64,000 nucleotides of DNA from positions 16,370-80,369 of the IMG/VR virus record IMGVR_UViG_2883843030_000002, one strand, 5' to 3'. This document shows, in pieces, positions 17,904 to 27,328 of this stretch (the first letter of the stretch is position 1; the number at the start of each line of letters is the position of its first letter). This DNA comes from a virus. Its lineage: Duplodnaviria; Caudoviricetes. The translations under genes were made by a program, and so were the position numbers. The notes beneath the pieces were generated by a model. The model had not been told where the DNA came from. It made no database searches and was given only the letters and a program-made list of their open reading frames with translations.

Positions 17904-18341
17904 TTACATGTGCTTACGCTGAAAATGCAATGGGAATTCTAGCTTCGAGAGAATGTGCTGATACGCCCGGACTTCTCCGAGGGCAATGGCTCTGCGTTCG
18001 CTCTGGGTGCGTCCGAGGTCGATATCTCCGTTTTTAAAGCTCTCGGTGGATCTCGCATCCCAGATCTGCCTGTCTTTCTCGCTCTTATGGAGCATTTGTT
18101 TGATATAATCAAGCAAAGGGGCGTCAGCCTCTTTGCCATTTTGGTAAAGATAGATTTTCATGGTTTCACTGCACATCCATTGGCAATTGGATAAGTTGAA
18201 GCCATACTTTTCTTCGAGCGTAATGAGAAAATCTTCAAACGACTCATACTTTTGTGATTCTTCCACTTCTTCGGATGTGAGGTGGATGATATTAAGGATT
18301 CCTTGTGTGAAATCAAAAATGTAAACATAGTTCGTTTCCAT
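17904..18341 (-). CDS. Hypothetical phage protein
   Basis: 145-aa ORF in operon. Confidence 0.6.
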   Translation of the reverse strand: METNYVYIFDFTQGILNIIHLTSEEVEESQKYESFEDFLITLEEKYGFNLSNCQWMCSETMKIYLYQNGKEADAPLLDYIKQMLHKSEKDRQIWDARSTESFKNGDIDLGRTQSERRAIALGEVRAYQHILSKLEFPLHFQRKHM

Positions 18342-18342
18342 A

Positions 18343-18807
18343 TTATTCGTGATTATGATCTTCTGTATTTATCAGCTCCAATGCAGATTTTATGCCTTCA
18401 CTCAACGCTTGCTCATATTTTGACATTAGAACGTTGCCTATGGGGCCGGGAGTCATAATGCCGATTTTGCTGATACGAATTATAGAATAGTTCCATCCTG
18501 TATGTCGGTAAGTTCTCTCTGTCTTTAAAAATTCACCTTCTGGACACAAGGCTACATCATAGCCTTTCTTCTCTCTCAACCACTTCTGAGCCTGCGCCAA
18601 AGTTGGAGCTGAAGCGCCAACTTCAATGTAACCACTTTTATTATAGTCAAAATAGGCGGTACAATCACAGTCTGCATTTTCATGCATTCCCTCTTCCCAA
18701 AGCTTACCATTTTTATCATATACATGATTTACTTCTAAATCAAACCCCGCCTTCTTCAGCGCAAGGGCGAGGGGGTAGGAAACGTAGTCTTCGGTGTTCA
18801 TAGCCAT
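18343..18807 (-). CDS. Bacteroidales phage protein (EDYVS..LALALK..GF / SAPT..AQKWLRE family)
   Basis: Recognisable recurrent motif. Confidence 0.65.
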   Translation of the reverse strand: MAMNTEDYVSYPLALALKKAGFDLEVNHVYDKNGKLWEEGMHENADCDCTAYFDYNKSGYIEVGASAPTLAQAQKWLREKKGYDVALCPEGEFLKTERTYRHTGWNYSIIRISKIGIMTPGPIGNVLMSKYEQALSEGIKSALELINTEDHNHE

Positions 18808-19082
18808 TCAACTTTATTATCGGTGATGTAATAATGCGACTTGCAGGGGAGATTGAAACTGCCGACAGAGGGGCGCATGGTAACGCCTGACAGCCTTTCG
18901 GTCAGCGTCCAAAACATTCCATCACGGCGACCATATGGCAATACTACTACATTGCCACACCCGCAGGCGCAAAGATGCGCAGTGGTAAGATATACTCGGC
19001 TGATATACAGCACACCCTCTTTCATTTCTGATTTTGAGGGCATAGTGCCGACATATTCGGGCTTTAATTTATTTATTCTCAT
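18798..19082 (-). CDS. DUF6527-like Cys/His protein
   Basis: HLCACGCG...RPSVG...CKSHYYIT. Confidence 0.7.
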   Translation of the reverse strand: MRINKLKPEYVGTMPSKSEMKEGVLYISRVYLTTAHLCACGCGNVVVLPYGRRDGMFWTLTERLSGVTMRPSVGSFNLPCKSHYYITDNKVEWL

Positions 19083-19257
19083 TATCTTTCTTCTTTTTGG
19101 GTTCGTAGTCGGGGCAGATACCTAGGCAGGGTTCACATATAAAATCGGGAGTAGCCCTGCGCGGACGATAGACAGCCTTGATTGCTATTGCGCATCTTCC
19201 TCTGCGCCAATGCACACACTGCTTTGGTTTCTGCGGTCGGTCAGTCGGGTTTTTCAT
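19069..19257 (-). CDS. Small Cys-rich hypothetical protein
   Basis: 62 aa, overlapping the downstream gene. Confidence 0.45.
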   Translation of the reverse strand: MKNPTDRPQKPKQCVHWRRGRCAIAIKAVYRPRRATPDFICEPCLGICPDYEPKKKKDNENK

Positions 19258-19260
19258 ATC

Positions 19261-19569
19261 TTAACTTTTTTCTGTAAATTCATCATAAAGCCAAATCTCG
19301 ACATCGCCATTGCGATAATCGAATGACCGTATCACGCCTGCAAGCAGTGCCTTATCCCCGGCATCGAAATTATACAGTTTCTGCGGCAGCGTGTATTCGC
19401 CTTTTTGTATGGGACAATACGGAGAACCGTCTGTCGAACCATAGGAAAAGCCATGTTCGTGAAGCCATCCCTGCGCGTCCCACATCGCTCTGAATGTTTC
19501 GTCACAGCCGTTGAATACCTTTTTGAACTTAGGCACTTGTGGACGGTACTGTTTATTTCGTTTCCTCAT
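19261..19569 (-). CDS. Hypothetical phage protein
   Basis: 102 aa, coupled to the upstream gene. Confidence 0.6.
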   Translation of the reverse strand: MRKRNKQYRPQVPKFKKVFNGCDETFRAMWDAQGWLHEHGFSYGSTDGSPYCPIQKGEYTLPQKLYNFDAGDKALLAGVIRSFDYRNGDVEIWLYDEFTEKS

Positions 19570-19841
19570 TCCACACCTCCTTCCTTATGGCACGGGCAGT
19601 ACCATTCAGGCTTCGGGAATCTGCTTGAAAAGGTTATTTCCTTAACGTCTTCCACAAAGTCGAAATCCTCCACCTCCGGCCATAGGCTTCTTATCTCATC
19701 TTCGCTTTCGGCATAAGCTATGAGAATAAAACTATCGGCATTTTCGCCAGAACACCAGTATGGGTATCTAATAGGCCATACGACCGGGCGATAATCATAG
19801 CCGCAAGCCTCTTTATCTAAATAGAATCTAAAACGTTTCAT
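19566..19841 (-). CDS. Hypothetical phage protein (DYRPV.WP..YPYWCSG)
   Basis: Likely start MKRFRFY at 19841. Confidence 0.6.
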   Translation of the reverse strand: MKRFRFYLDKEACGYDYRPVVWPIRYPYWCSGENADSFILIAYAESEDEIRSLWPEVEDFDFVEDVKEITFSSRFPKPEWYCPCHKEGGVE

Positions 19842-19842
19842 A

Positions 19843-20061
19843 TTATTGGTTATTTGATTGTTTGTTATGGCAGGGGCAGTCGGGGTCGTGGGTGATGCCT
19901 GTTGAGCCGTTGGCATGAACCAGCACATAGCTGTGACCGCGATAATCAGCCTTACTGATATAATCTTGATTGTTGCTGATTGCGTAGTAGATGTTTAATC
20001 CTGCACCGACAAACCCGGCTATGATAATGACGGCTGCGAGGATGGTTGTAAGGTGTTTCAT
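19843..20061 (-). CDS. Small membrane protein with HDPDCPC tail
   Basis: N-terminal TM helix. Confidence 0.6.
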   Translation of the reverse strand: MKHLTTILAAVIIIAGFVGAGLNIYYAISNNQDYISKADYRGHSYVLVHANGSTGITHDPDCPCHNKQSNNQ

Positions 20062-20660
20062 TTTATCAATTCAAATTCGTAAACAAATACATAGGGGTTG
20101 CTCTCAAATGTTCCTTTGCCGGATATGCGGTCTATCAAGGCGGCGTAGGCTTCGCGGGGAGTTCTCGGCATATCTCTCCATTCAAACATTTCAAAACCGT
20201 CTGCCATGTCATATTTGAATAGTTCTCTATCTTTAGTCCACTTGCAGACACCCTCGGCGATACAATCCTCATCGGAAATATCCTGCAAACGCTCCACACG
20301 AACGTTGGCGATGCGGATTTGGTGGGGCATGAGGTCGGCTCGGACAAATAGCTTATTAAACCACCCCATGTCAGCAGGAATGGATATAGGGTTGAGGATA
20401 AAGTCTCTATATCTTTGCGCCACGGCTACGACCTCGCCAACTCTGTAGGGCAGCTTGCCAATCTCCTCTACAAAGAAGTAATGTTGTAAAACATCTTTAT
20501 CGTTTGCAAATACATCAAATGTTTCGTTGAAGTACGCTATCGCAAACTCACATGCCTTATCTAAGTCTTTTTGAGGAACTATCCGCCTCGTCTGCGTCTT
20601 CCGACCGCTCAACACGGCTTCGGTGAGTCCGAATTTATCTGAGAACATTATCTTTTTCAT
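20058..20660 (-). CDS. ASCH/PUA-like domain protein
   Basis: AVLSGRKTQTRR, VRVERLQDIS, NPYVFVYEF. Confidence 0.75.
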   Translation of the reverse strand: MKKIMFSDKFGLTEAVLSGRKTQTRRIVPQKDLDKACEFAIAYFNETFDVFANDKDVLQHYFFVEEIGKLPYRVGEVVAVAQRYRDFILNPISIPADMGWFNKLFVRADLMPHQIRIANVRVERLQDISDEDCIAEGVCKWTKDRELFKYDMADGFEMFEWRDMPRTPREAYAALIDRISGKGTFESNPYVFVYEFELIK

Positions 20661-20675
20661 TGCTTCTTCTTCGGT

Positions 20676-20954
20676 TTAATGTTTTGGATCTTTCCCGCAG
20701 GTTGCGCACATATACCCGTCAGGATTAAGCTCTCCGCAATGCATACATTCCACTTTATTTAGCGCCCAATTAGAGAAATAGCGTCTGTATTTGCACAACT
20801 GCTCATATTCTTCACGGTCAATGGTCACTTCCTTCGCTTTCTCCACCTTGAAGTCAAGCTCGTAGGGGTGATAATGAGCGTTATCGCTGCTGTAGCCGAA
20901 TATGCCAGGCGTAACCTCAATCACCTTGCCGTCTGATTTTCTTATTGCTTTCAT
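20676..20954 (-). CDS. Hypothetical protein with C-terminal zinc ribbon
   Basis: CMHCG...CATCG. Confidence 0.6.
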   Translation of the reverse strand: MKAIRKSDGKVIEVTPGIFGYSSDNAHYHPYELDFKVEKAKEVTIDREEYEQLCKYRRYFSNWALNKVECMHCGELNPDGYMCATCGKDPKH

Positions 20955-21337
20955 ATCTCTCTTATTTTACCATATTTGTGTTGCTCAAAATAAGGGCATT
21001 TCTCTTTGGGAGTCGGCATAGCTTCCCATTCTTCTTCTGTGAGTGCAATGTATGTGTCCTCGCTCACATGAATGTTTGCGAACAGTCTGCAATCCTTATC
21101 GGGGTGTGTGCATTTATTGGGATAGAATTGCTTTGTATAGCATTGTTCTCCAAAATAGGAATCAACCCATATTTTCACCTCCTCTCTATCGTCTGCGTTT
21201 TGATAAAATTTGCAGTCATAGCACAGCGGACGTACAAGTGGATTCTTAGTGCATTGAGGCTCATGCTTGCGGCAGTTGTAGTCACGCATGAACAGTTTGC
21301 CGCAGTGCTGACATCTGTATGCTGTCACTTGTTTCAT
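20951..21337 (-). CDS. Cys-rich zinc-finger protein
   Basis: CQHCGK...CRKHE..C..NP. Confidence 0.6.
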   Translation of the reverse strand: MKQVTAYRCQHCGKLFMRDYNCRKHEPQCTKNPLVRPLCYDCKFYQNADDREEVKIWVDSYFGEQCYTKQFYPNKCTHPDKDCRLFANIHVSEDTYIALTEEEWEAMPTPKEKCPYFEQHKYGKIREI

Positions 21338-21396
21338 ACTCCTGTCATTTATCGGTTTCGTTAATGGTGTCAGGATCTCCTTTTAGAAGTCGTGAA

Positions 21397-21552
21397 TTAG
21401 TCTAACGTAAACTCATCTTCGTAGACCCAAATATGCTTGCCGGAGCCACAGATTTCTACTTCCCACTTATACATCGTGGGCCAATACTCAATTAGCACTA
21501 TATTTCGGTAGCCGAGGTACGGAACCTTGAGGGTTGCTGATTTTCCTTCCAT
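21397..21552 (-). CDS. Small hypothetical protein (51 aa, not in ORF track)
   Basis: MEGKSATLKVPYLGYRNIVLIEYWPTMYKWEVEICGSGKHIWVYEDEFTLD; starts 3 nt after the upstream stop. Confidence 0.55.
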   Translation of the reverse strand: MEGKSATLKVPYLGYRNIVLIEYWPTMYKWEVEICGSGKHIWVYEDEFTLD

Positions 21553-21555
21553 ATA

Positions 21556-21759
21556 TTAGTTCTGGTTTGTGGTGTCTGCTGTCTGTTCCGATGATTGTGC
21601 CGTCAGCTCATCGGGCTTGAATGACGTTATGATGTCGATAATATTGTGAATCCTCGCCAACTCAGGAATATCTACGCGAGGACTGTCAGCTAACTCGGAG
21701 CAGATTTTGAACACTGGTACAGCTAGCGATTCGTACTGCTCAACTGTTAATTTCTTCAT
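21556..21759 (-). CDS. Hypothetical phage protein
   Basis: 67 aa, 4-nt overlap. Confidence 0.55.
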   Translation of the reverse strand: MKKLTVEQYESLAVPVFKICSELADSPRVDIPELARIHNIIDIITSFKPDELTAQSSEQTADTTNQN

Positions 21760-22025
21760 TCGTTGATAATGTCTATGAATGGTTTGTAATATTCTATTCC
21801 TTCGATGAGCACGACCTTTCCGGCCGGGGCTCGTTCGTCGCAGCCGTGGAAGAATCCAGCGAGGAATCCTTTCTGCTCTTCTTCGCTGTCGAAATCCATT
21901 GATTCTACTGATAGGTAGCTCTCTTCTGCAATATAATTGCGAAATCCGTCCACATCATTATCGTTGATAAGTTCTTCGGCTCTGCTGTCTTTGATAATGT
22001 AGATTGTATTCTTTCCCATAGTCAA
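21756..22025 (-). CDS. Hypothetical phage protein
   Basis: 89 aa, overlapping neighbours. Confidence 0.6.
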   Translation of the reverse strand: MTMGKNTIYIIKDSRAEELINDNDVDGFRNYIAEESYLSVESMDFDSEEEQKGFLAGFFHGCDERAPAGKVVLIEGIEYYKPFIDIINE

Positions 22026-22495
22026 TAGTGGGGGTCTATGTAATGGTCCTGGTAGTGTAACAGAAGTCTTATCCCGTCTTTAGAATGCTGTCCTTCGAGA
22101 ATCCACTTGCCGTTGGTTCGTTTCGTGAATATATGCTCTCCGCCCTCTAATTCGGGGAGTATTTCATAGTCGCCGGCATAGTATTCTATACATCTAACCT
22201 GGTTATATCTGACAGCAACTTTTTTAGGACTGATGACTTCAACTACAGTTGCAGCTCTACGGTCTGAGTGGAAGTACATGGTACAGGGAAGCCCAACGCG
22301 TGGAATAAGAGCTGATATAGCTTCGTTTTCCCTGCGGGTTTTGTTCTCTCGCCATACTGTATAACGATGTCCGATTTCAGCTCTCACTTCGGGATCATCA
22401 TGGAAAGCTTTCCATTCCGCATTATCGCGGTCGTGAAATGGATATTCCTCTGCCTTTATTGCTTCGTAACGAGCAAAGCTTTCCTCGCTGGTCAT
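22022..22495 (-). CDS. Hypothetical phage protein (SDRRAATV...YIDPHY family)
   Basis: 157 aa. Confidence 0.65.
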   Translation of the reverse strand: MTSEESFARYEAIKAEEYPFHDRDNAEWKAFHDDPEVRAEIGHRYTVWRENKTRRENEAISALIPRVGLPCTMYFHSDRRAATVVEVISPKKVAVRYNQVRCIEYYAGDYEILPELEGGEHIFTKRTNGKWILEGQHSKDGIRLLLHYQDHYIDPHY

Positions 22496-22749
22496 ATATT
22501 GTCTTCTACGAATTTGATAATCTCTGCCTCAGGCTTTTCTGCAACATCATCCGGTATGTAGAAGAATATCGACTCGTCAATATGTTCAGCCTCGGTATCT
22601 CGCCAATCCCAATCTGGCAAAAGCTCGGACTGCAGAGATTCAACGCTGATATTTACATTCTCCTTTTCTCCCTCGACTATTATGTCAAGGGAGAATACCG
22701 GGTACTTCTTTCCTCGGTATCCTATTGTATTTGTCGGTTCCATAATCAC
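22492..22749 (-). CDS. Hypothetical acidic protein (IDESIFFY)
   Basis: 85 aa. Confidence 0.6.
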   Translation of the reverse strand: MIMEPTNTIGYRGKKYPVFSLDIIVEGEKENVNISVESLQSELLPDWDWRDTEAEHIDESIFFYIPDDVAEKPEAEIIKFVEDNI

Positions 22750-22955
22750 ATTCTATAATACATTAAGCGGAAGTCGGATGCAGTCTCAGAGCAGAAGTCC
22801 GGTACGGTATCAAGGTCTTTTCCGTAATTAGAGCCTTCTTGATAGTAGAACTCTGCGTATTCTTTTTCCCATGGATCGAGTTTGTATCCAACTGCATTCT
22901 CGATTGCCTTGAAATTAACCTTTCCACTTTCGGGATTATAATATTTATTTGCCAT
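22746..22955 (-). CDS. Hypothetical phage protein
   Basis: 69 aa. Confidence 0.55.
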   Translation of the reverse strand: MANKYYNPESGKVNFKAIENAVGYKLDPWEKEYAEFYYQEGSNYGKDLDTVPDFCSETASDFRLMYYRM

Positions 22956-22958
22956 TGC

Positions 22959-23261
22959 TCAGTTATTTTTTATGTTACATTCTGCGACCGAAAACAAGTC
23001 GGATTCAGTCTTTAGGATGGTGAATACTTTGAACACCTGGTGTTTCCAGAATTCATAATCTCTTTGGAACTCTTCAGGTTCTTCTACCCTGAATGATGTT
23101 CCGTTCTTGCGGTAGAACCATTGCGCAGTCTGTCCGACTTTCATTTTGTCTATAAGTTCAAAGTCGTCATAGATGTCGCTGAAGAATCCTTCCATTTTCG
23201 GACATGCCTCGTTCAGCATAGCCTTTTTCAAATCTTCGGTGGTGTATTCCTGGTCAATCAT
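22959..23261 (-). CDS. Hypothetical phage protein
   Basis: 100 aa. Confidence 0.6.
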   Translation of the reverse strand: MIDQEYTTEDLKKAMLNEACPKMEGFFSDIYDDFELIDKMKVGQTAQWFYRKNGTSFRVEEPEEFQRDYEFWKHQVFKVFTILKTESDLFSVAECNIKNN

Positions 23262-23616
23262 TTCCTTCGAAGTCTTTTGCGTAGTTATCTATATAATCGC
23301 CGGTCCATTTGATGTCCGAGAATTTGAGGCGGGCTATCGGGTTGAACGGTATTTCGGGATGGTCGAACTCAAAGAGATAGTCCCACCGGCCATCATCGCC
23401 TAATACGTTGCCGGTGATTCTGTGGCAGCCTGTGATGTTTTTCCCAGGCGCAAACTCGGTATCTTCTTGGAAGAATTTATTCGCTTCGTCCCAATCCTGG
23501 TCTTCGGGTACTATGAGACATAGGACTACGACGGTGTTGCTGATATCCATATTGCGGAGGTCAGCGAATGAAATTGGGGTTGTGTTCATTGTCTTTATAA
23601 ATTTTGAGCAAGCCAC
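23254..23616 (-). CDS. Hypothetical acidic protein
   Basis: 120-aa frame, likely start MNTTP. Confidence 0.6.
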   Translation of the reverse strand: MACSKFIKTMNTTPISFADLRNMDISNTVVVLCLIVPEDQDWDEANKFFQEDTEFAPGKNITGCHRITGNVLGDDGRWDYLFEFDHPEIPFNPIARLKFSDIKWTGDYIDNYAKDFEGND

Positions 23617-24020
23617 TCTAAATCGTGGTTGTTGAGAGAGTAGCCGAATTTTATTTTGCGACGGATGACTTCTTTATCGCCAATTATCTCGGCTGCTTTT
23701 TCGTAAATTTGCTTCTTAGTCGATGAGTCAGATGAAGTGCTGGCTTGGTCAATGAGGAAATCAACCATCGTATCCTTCTGTTGTCGTAAATCCTCGACTT
23801 CATTTTCTCTTTCATCGAGCAAACCCTTTAAAATTCGGACCTCGGATCGAGCCTTGGTGGCTTCGTGGCAGTTCTCGAAAATGTTGACATCGCAGTCTAT
23901 GGGGAAGTCCTTGCGGATATTCTCGCACATCGCGTCAATGGTTTCAGGCTTGAATACCTGCGCGAAATATGTATCACCTTTGAGAGACTGGAGCAGTTCG
24001 ATTTCTTGTGTGGCAGTCAT
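23595..24020 (-). CDS. Hypothetical phage protein (LKGDTYF family)
   Basis: 141 aa. Confidence 0.65.
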   Translation of the reverse strand: MTATQEIELLQSLKGDTYFAQVFKPETIDAMCENIRKDFPIDCDVNIFENCHEATKARSEVRILKGLLDERENEVEDLRQQKDTMVDFLIDQASTSSDSSTKKQIYEKAAEIIGDKEVIRRKIKFGYSLNNHDLEWLAQNL

Positions 24021-24024
24021 ATCT

Positions 24025-24369
24025 TCATCGGGCGGCTATATTCAACAATTCTTCTTCCATTTCAGAAAGGAATACCTTACGCTCTGTTTCGCTAATGAAT
24101 CGGTTTACCATGTAGGTCGCTCTACTGAAGACATCTAGCAGTTCCTTGATTACTTTATGCGAAGCCACTGCTATAACCGTTGAGGGATTAAGACCGTTTG
24201 CGGTCCATACTTTGTCGCAAGGTTTCCATCCGTGGCACTGGTGGCGAATCCCGAATCCGCCCTCTGTCGTTTTGAATATTATCACATTCTTACCTTCGAG
24301 CTCGTAGTTTGCCATGTCGAGCCAATCTTTCATTTCTCGGTAGTAAAGTGTTACTTTCTTGAGTTTCAT
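24025..24369 (-). CDS. Hypothetical protein, first gene after promoter cassette 1
   Basis: 114 aa; ATG lies inside the 88-bp repeat. Confidence 0.65.
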   Translation of the reverse strand: MKLKKVTLYYREMKDWLDMANYELEGKNVIIFKTTEGGFGIRHQCHGWKPCDKVWTANGLNPSTVIAVASHKVIKELLDVFSRATYMVNRFISETERKVFLSEMEEELLNIAAR

Positions 24370-24472
24370 TGTCGTTTCAGTTTTGATTAAAACATCTTAT
24401 TTGCATATACAAAGATAGTCAAAAATAATCATATATGCAACTATTTGGGAGATTATTTTAATCAAATTTGCA
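24367..24472 (-). promoter_or_regulatory. Promoter/operator cassette copy 1
   Basis: TATCTTTG -7 element; three ATCWWATWTGCA boxes at 24394, 24428, 24461; 24367-24454 identical to 28509-28596. Confidence 0.8.
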
Positions 24473-24496
24473 ATTTTAATCGGGCGAATGATTATT

Positions 24497-24539
24497 AAAA
24501 GCGAAAGGACGAGCCGCAGTAATATGACTCGCCCTTCGC
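24497..24539 (-). terminator. Putative terminator upstream of cassette 1
   Basis: gcgaaaggacgag...ctcgcccttcgc imperfect stem with an A tract on its left. Confidence 0.5.
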
Positions 24540-24541
24540 AA

Positions 24542-24805
24542 TTAAATATCAGTTTCATCGAAAGCCGGATTTAGCGGCTCTTTGGTGACAAGCAACGCTC
24601 CATTTTTAATGTCACATTGTCTACCGAAGCCATAATAGCCCGTAAGACTTTTGTAGCCCCAATCGGATACCACGCCTTTCTCAAGTAATTTGTCGGCAAA
24701 CTCCGTGAATTTATCCTCGTCTGAAAAGATGCCGACAATTCTAAGGCTATCATTTGTGAGCCAAGGATCTCCGGATTGGAGAATGATTACTTCTTTTTGG
24801 TCCAT
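24542..24805 (-). CDS. Hypothetical phage protein
   Basis: 87 aa. Confidence 0.6.
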   Translation of the reverse strand: MDQKEVIILQSGDPWLTNDSLRIVGIFSDEDKFTEFADKLLEKGVVSDWGYKSLTGYYGFGRQCDIKNGALLVTKEPLNPAFDETDI

Positions 24806-25395
24806 ATCTTGAAATATTCGTACTTGCCCTTCGGAGTCATTTTATCCCATTTGGTATCAGCTTCGAGGGGAGTTTTTGCGTCCATAATTTTGAGGTGCTC
24901 CTGCATGGTATGTTCCAAATACCAGTCGTTGGCCTGTTCTTCCTTGACAGCCCACTGATATTCCTTGAAATCATTTTGGAGCTTGTCGAAGTCAATGGTG
25001 CTCAGAACCTGAGCTATCTCCTCTATTGTCGGAGCTGATATCCACTGGTAGGTGGTATAAAGCTCGCTGAACTGTGCCTCGCCGTCGAGAACGAGGGCAA
25101 TAGGCATATATCGGCTTCCTATCTCGCCGAATACTGCGAGGTGCCGGAAGTTTAGGACGCAAACTATGACATCGATTTGAACCGGGTCAATATCAGCGTG
25201 CTCCCAGGTTGTAAAGGTTGTTTCACCGACTGCGCGAATACGGAATAGACCGGTAAGAACAATCTTGTCATTACCTTCGAAGAGATTGGAGATAAAATCT
25301 TTGGCGGCCGACATTGGCGACATGGGGCCGGACAAAGCAATCTGGTACACTTCATTGTGGTGCCACTTTGAAAGTGGAATAAGTTCTAATTTCAT
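24787..25395 (-). CDS. Hypothetical phage protein
   Basis: 202 aa. Confidence 0.65.
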   Translation of the reverse strand: MKLELIPLSKWHHNEVYQIALSGPMSPMSAAKDFISNLFEGNDKIVLTGLFRIRAVGETTFTTWEHADIDPVQIDVIVCVLNFRHLAVFGEIGSRYMPIALVLDGEAQFSELYTTYQWISAPTIEEIAQVLSTIDFDKLQNDFKEYQWAVKEEQANDWYLEHTMQEHLKIMDAKTPLEADTKWDKMTPKGKYEYFKIWTKKK

Positions 25396-25410
25396 ACATG
25401 AAATATTAAT

Positions 25411-25443
25411 GGGCGCGAGAACACTCTTACTGCTCCCGCGCCC
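25411..25443. terminator. Intergenic hairpin
   Basis: gggcgcg...cgcgccc between genes. Confidence 0.4.
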
Positions 25444-25449
25444 GTGATA

Positions 25450-27294
25450 TTATTCTTCGGATTTTTCCTGCTCCTTTTCTTCAGGAGCTTCTTCAGTAGC
25501 CGGCGCCTCTGCTTCGGGATTGCCTACGGCATCGGTTGAGTCAGATGCTCCTTCGTCGGCCGAATCAGGCTGTTCGTCGGTCTGAGGTGCGTTTGCGTCT
25601 GGCTCATCAGGAGCAGGAGCCTGTGGCGTGATTGACGCCTGAGCTTGAATTTCTTTCTCGTTCTCCTCGCGAAGCTCGTCAATCTTAGCCTGAATACCGG
25701 CCTTTGATTGATTGTAGCGGGCGTCGAGTTGCTTGGCGATTTCGTCCGCATTGTGGGCGTAGCGGTCTTCCATGATAGCCGAAAGCATGTTAGCCAGTTC
25801 GGGCGAGAAGTTCACACTCTTCTCAGAGAGAATCGAACGTATGAACTCGCGAACAATGGAGTTGAAGTTCTTTTCGAGTGCCTTACCGATGGACCGATAA
25901 TCTCCGCCCTGCGTTTCGTCGCAACCTATAGACTCTTTGAATGCAACGGGGAGTCGCTTGAGGATGAGGGCACGGAACACGTCTGTTTCTACCGATGAAA
26001 GATCGGTGTTGAGGGTGGAATACTCGCAGGACTCCATAAACGCTCTCTGACGCTCTACGAAATCCTCCTGGCGGTGGTCGTTGGCCTCGCGCAGTTTGAC
26101 CTTGAGTTCAGAGATTCTACGATTGTTGTCTGCGAGCTTGTTGCCGGCAAACGGCTCTTCATCGCTATCAGGTGTGTAGTAGACATACTTTGTCTCGCCA
26201 CTGAGATGACCGCTGTAGCAGATTTCGTATATCGGGGTGACCGTGCCGTCCTTGATGTTATCATCGAACACAGCGCGGACCTTGTCGTAGTTGGCCTTTC
26301 GTGTGGCATAGGTCTCTTCGTCCTTATACTGGGCGCGGTCTGGAGCAACGGGCTCAGGAACATATTGGCGATTACCGAGACCAGACACATCAAGCCCGTA
26401 CTCTTCGGCCGCCTGAAGAATAATCTCGTTCTCAGCGTACTCGCCGGCAAAGATGAGCTTGATTCCGTTCTTGGCTGCTTCCTTTGCCTCGCGGAAGATG
26501 GTCTCTCGCGCTTTAGCGAGGAAACATTCGCGCTTCATACAGCGTGGGGTGCTGACATCGCGGGCGTTGTCTGGATTGTTGGCGGTGTTGAGCGGACATT
26601 TCTCGCAGGCACACGCACCGGCCAGAGTGTCGTCGGAGAGGCTGAAACGCGCGGTCGGCAGTTGGTTCATAACATGTTCGTCAATCATTTCGTGCAGTTG
26701 AGGCATGTTGGGGAACTTGTAGGTCCATCGGGCTCTGCTTGCTTCGGTAAAGCAGGAGTCGAAAAGGGTCTGCTGTTGCTCGGCTGGGAGCTTGCAGATA
26801 TCGAGAAGATGAGTCAGCACGAGAATACCCTCACGCATAAGTTGGACGAACGGCTCGATTGTGTGATGGAGCTGGATGCGACCAGACACGAAGCTGTTAC
26901 TCTTACCGAGCATTTTTGCCATTTCTGCGACGGTCATTGATCCGTCATTGTAGAGGCGATTGAGGGCGGCGGCTTCTTCCATCGGGTCGATATCCTTGCG
27001 TTGAAGATTCTCGATTATCATACAAGCGAAAGCCTGCTTGTCGTTGAGTTCCTTTACGACAGCCTGGATATCTTTCGCACCGATGAGTTGACTTGCGCGG
27101 AAGCGACGCTCTCCACACACGATTTCATACTTGGCATCTTTCTTGTTGCCGATTTTGCGGAGAGTGATAGGCTGGATAAGCCCATTCTCCTTGATACTTT
27201 GGGCGAGCTCTTCAAGCTCTTCCTGGTTGAATGTCTTTCTGGGATTAAGTTCACTAGGTACAATCTCGGAAAGGGGGATGTTTCTTACTTGCAT
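25450..27294 (-). CDS. ParB/RepB/Spo0J family protein with long C-terminal extension
   Basis: NPRKTF, GLIQPI, IVCGERRFRA, IIENLQRKD, HTH; CxxC-rich middle; acidic tail. Confidence 0.88.
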   Translation of the reverse strand: MQVRNIPLSEIVPSELNPRKTFNQEELEELAQSIKENGLIQPITLRKIGNKKDAKYEIVCGERRFRASQLIGAKDIQAVVKELNDKQAFACMIIENLQRKDIDPMEEAAALNRLYNDGSMTVAEMAKMLGKSNSFVSGRIQLHHTIEPFVQLMREGILVLTHLLDICKLPAEQQQTLFDSCFTEASRARWTYKFPNMPQLHEMIDEHVMNQLPTARFSLSDDTLAGACACEKCPLNTANNPDNARDVSTPRCMKRECFLAKARETIFREAKEAAKNGIKLIFAGEYAENEIILQAAEEYGLDVSGLGNRQYVPEPVAPDRAQYKDEETYATRKANYDKVRAVFDDNIKDGTVTPIYEICYSGHLSGETKYVYYTPDSDEEPFAGNKLADNNRRISELKVKLREANDHRQEDFVERQRAFMESCEYSTLNTDLSSVETDVFRALILKRLPVAFKESIGCDETQGGDYRSIGKALEKNFNSIVREFIRSILSEKSVNFSPELANMLSAIMEDRYAHNADEIAKQLDARYNQSKAGIQAKIDELREENEKEIQAQASITPQAPAPDEPDANAPQTDEQPDSADEGASDSTDAVGNPEAEAPATEEAPEEKEQEKSEE

Positions 27295-27328
27295 TTCTAT
27301 TGATATTTAATTGTGAGTTTGTTGGGAT

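Noticed and set aside
24382-24466. 11-bp inverted repeat (tttgattaaaa/ttttaatcaaa) flanking the promoter, as an invertible promoter
   Set aside because: AT-rich and degraded in the other copies; all five cassettes have the same orientation; no invertase in the window
24394-24472. Regularly spaced 12-bp boxes as a mini CRISPR array
   Set aside because: Repeats too short and degenerate, intervening sequences are conserved between copies, no cas genes
26074-26940. Long plus-strand ORFs (also 14902-15561, 41416-42144, 45347-46168, 52302-53099)
   Set aside because: Antisense shadows of well-supported minus-strand genes, with no recognisable motifs
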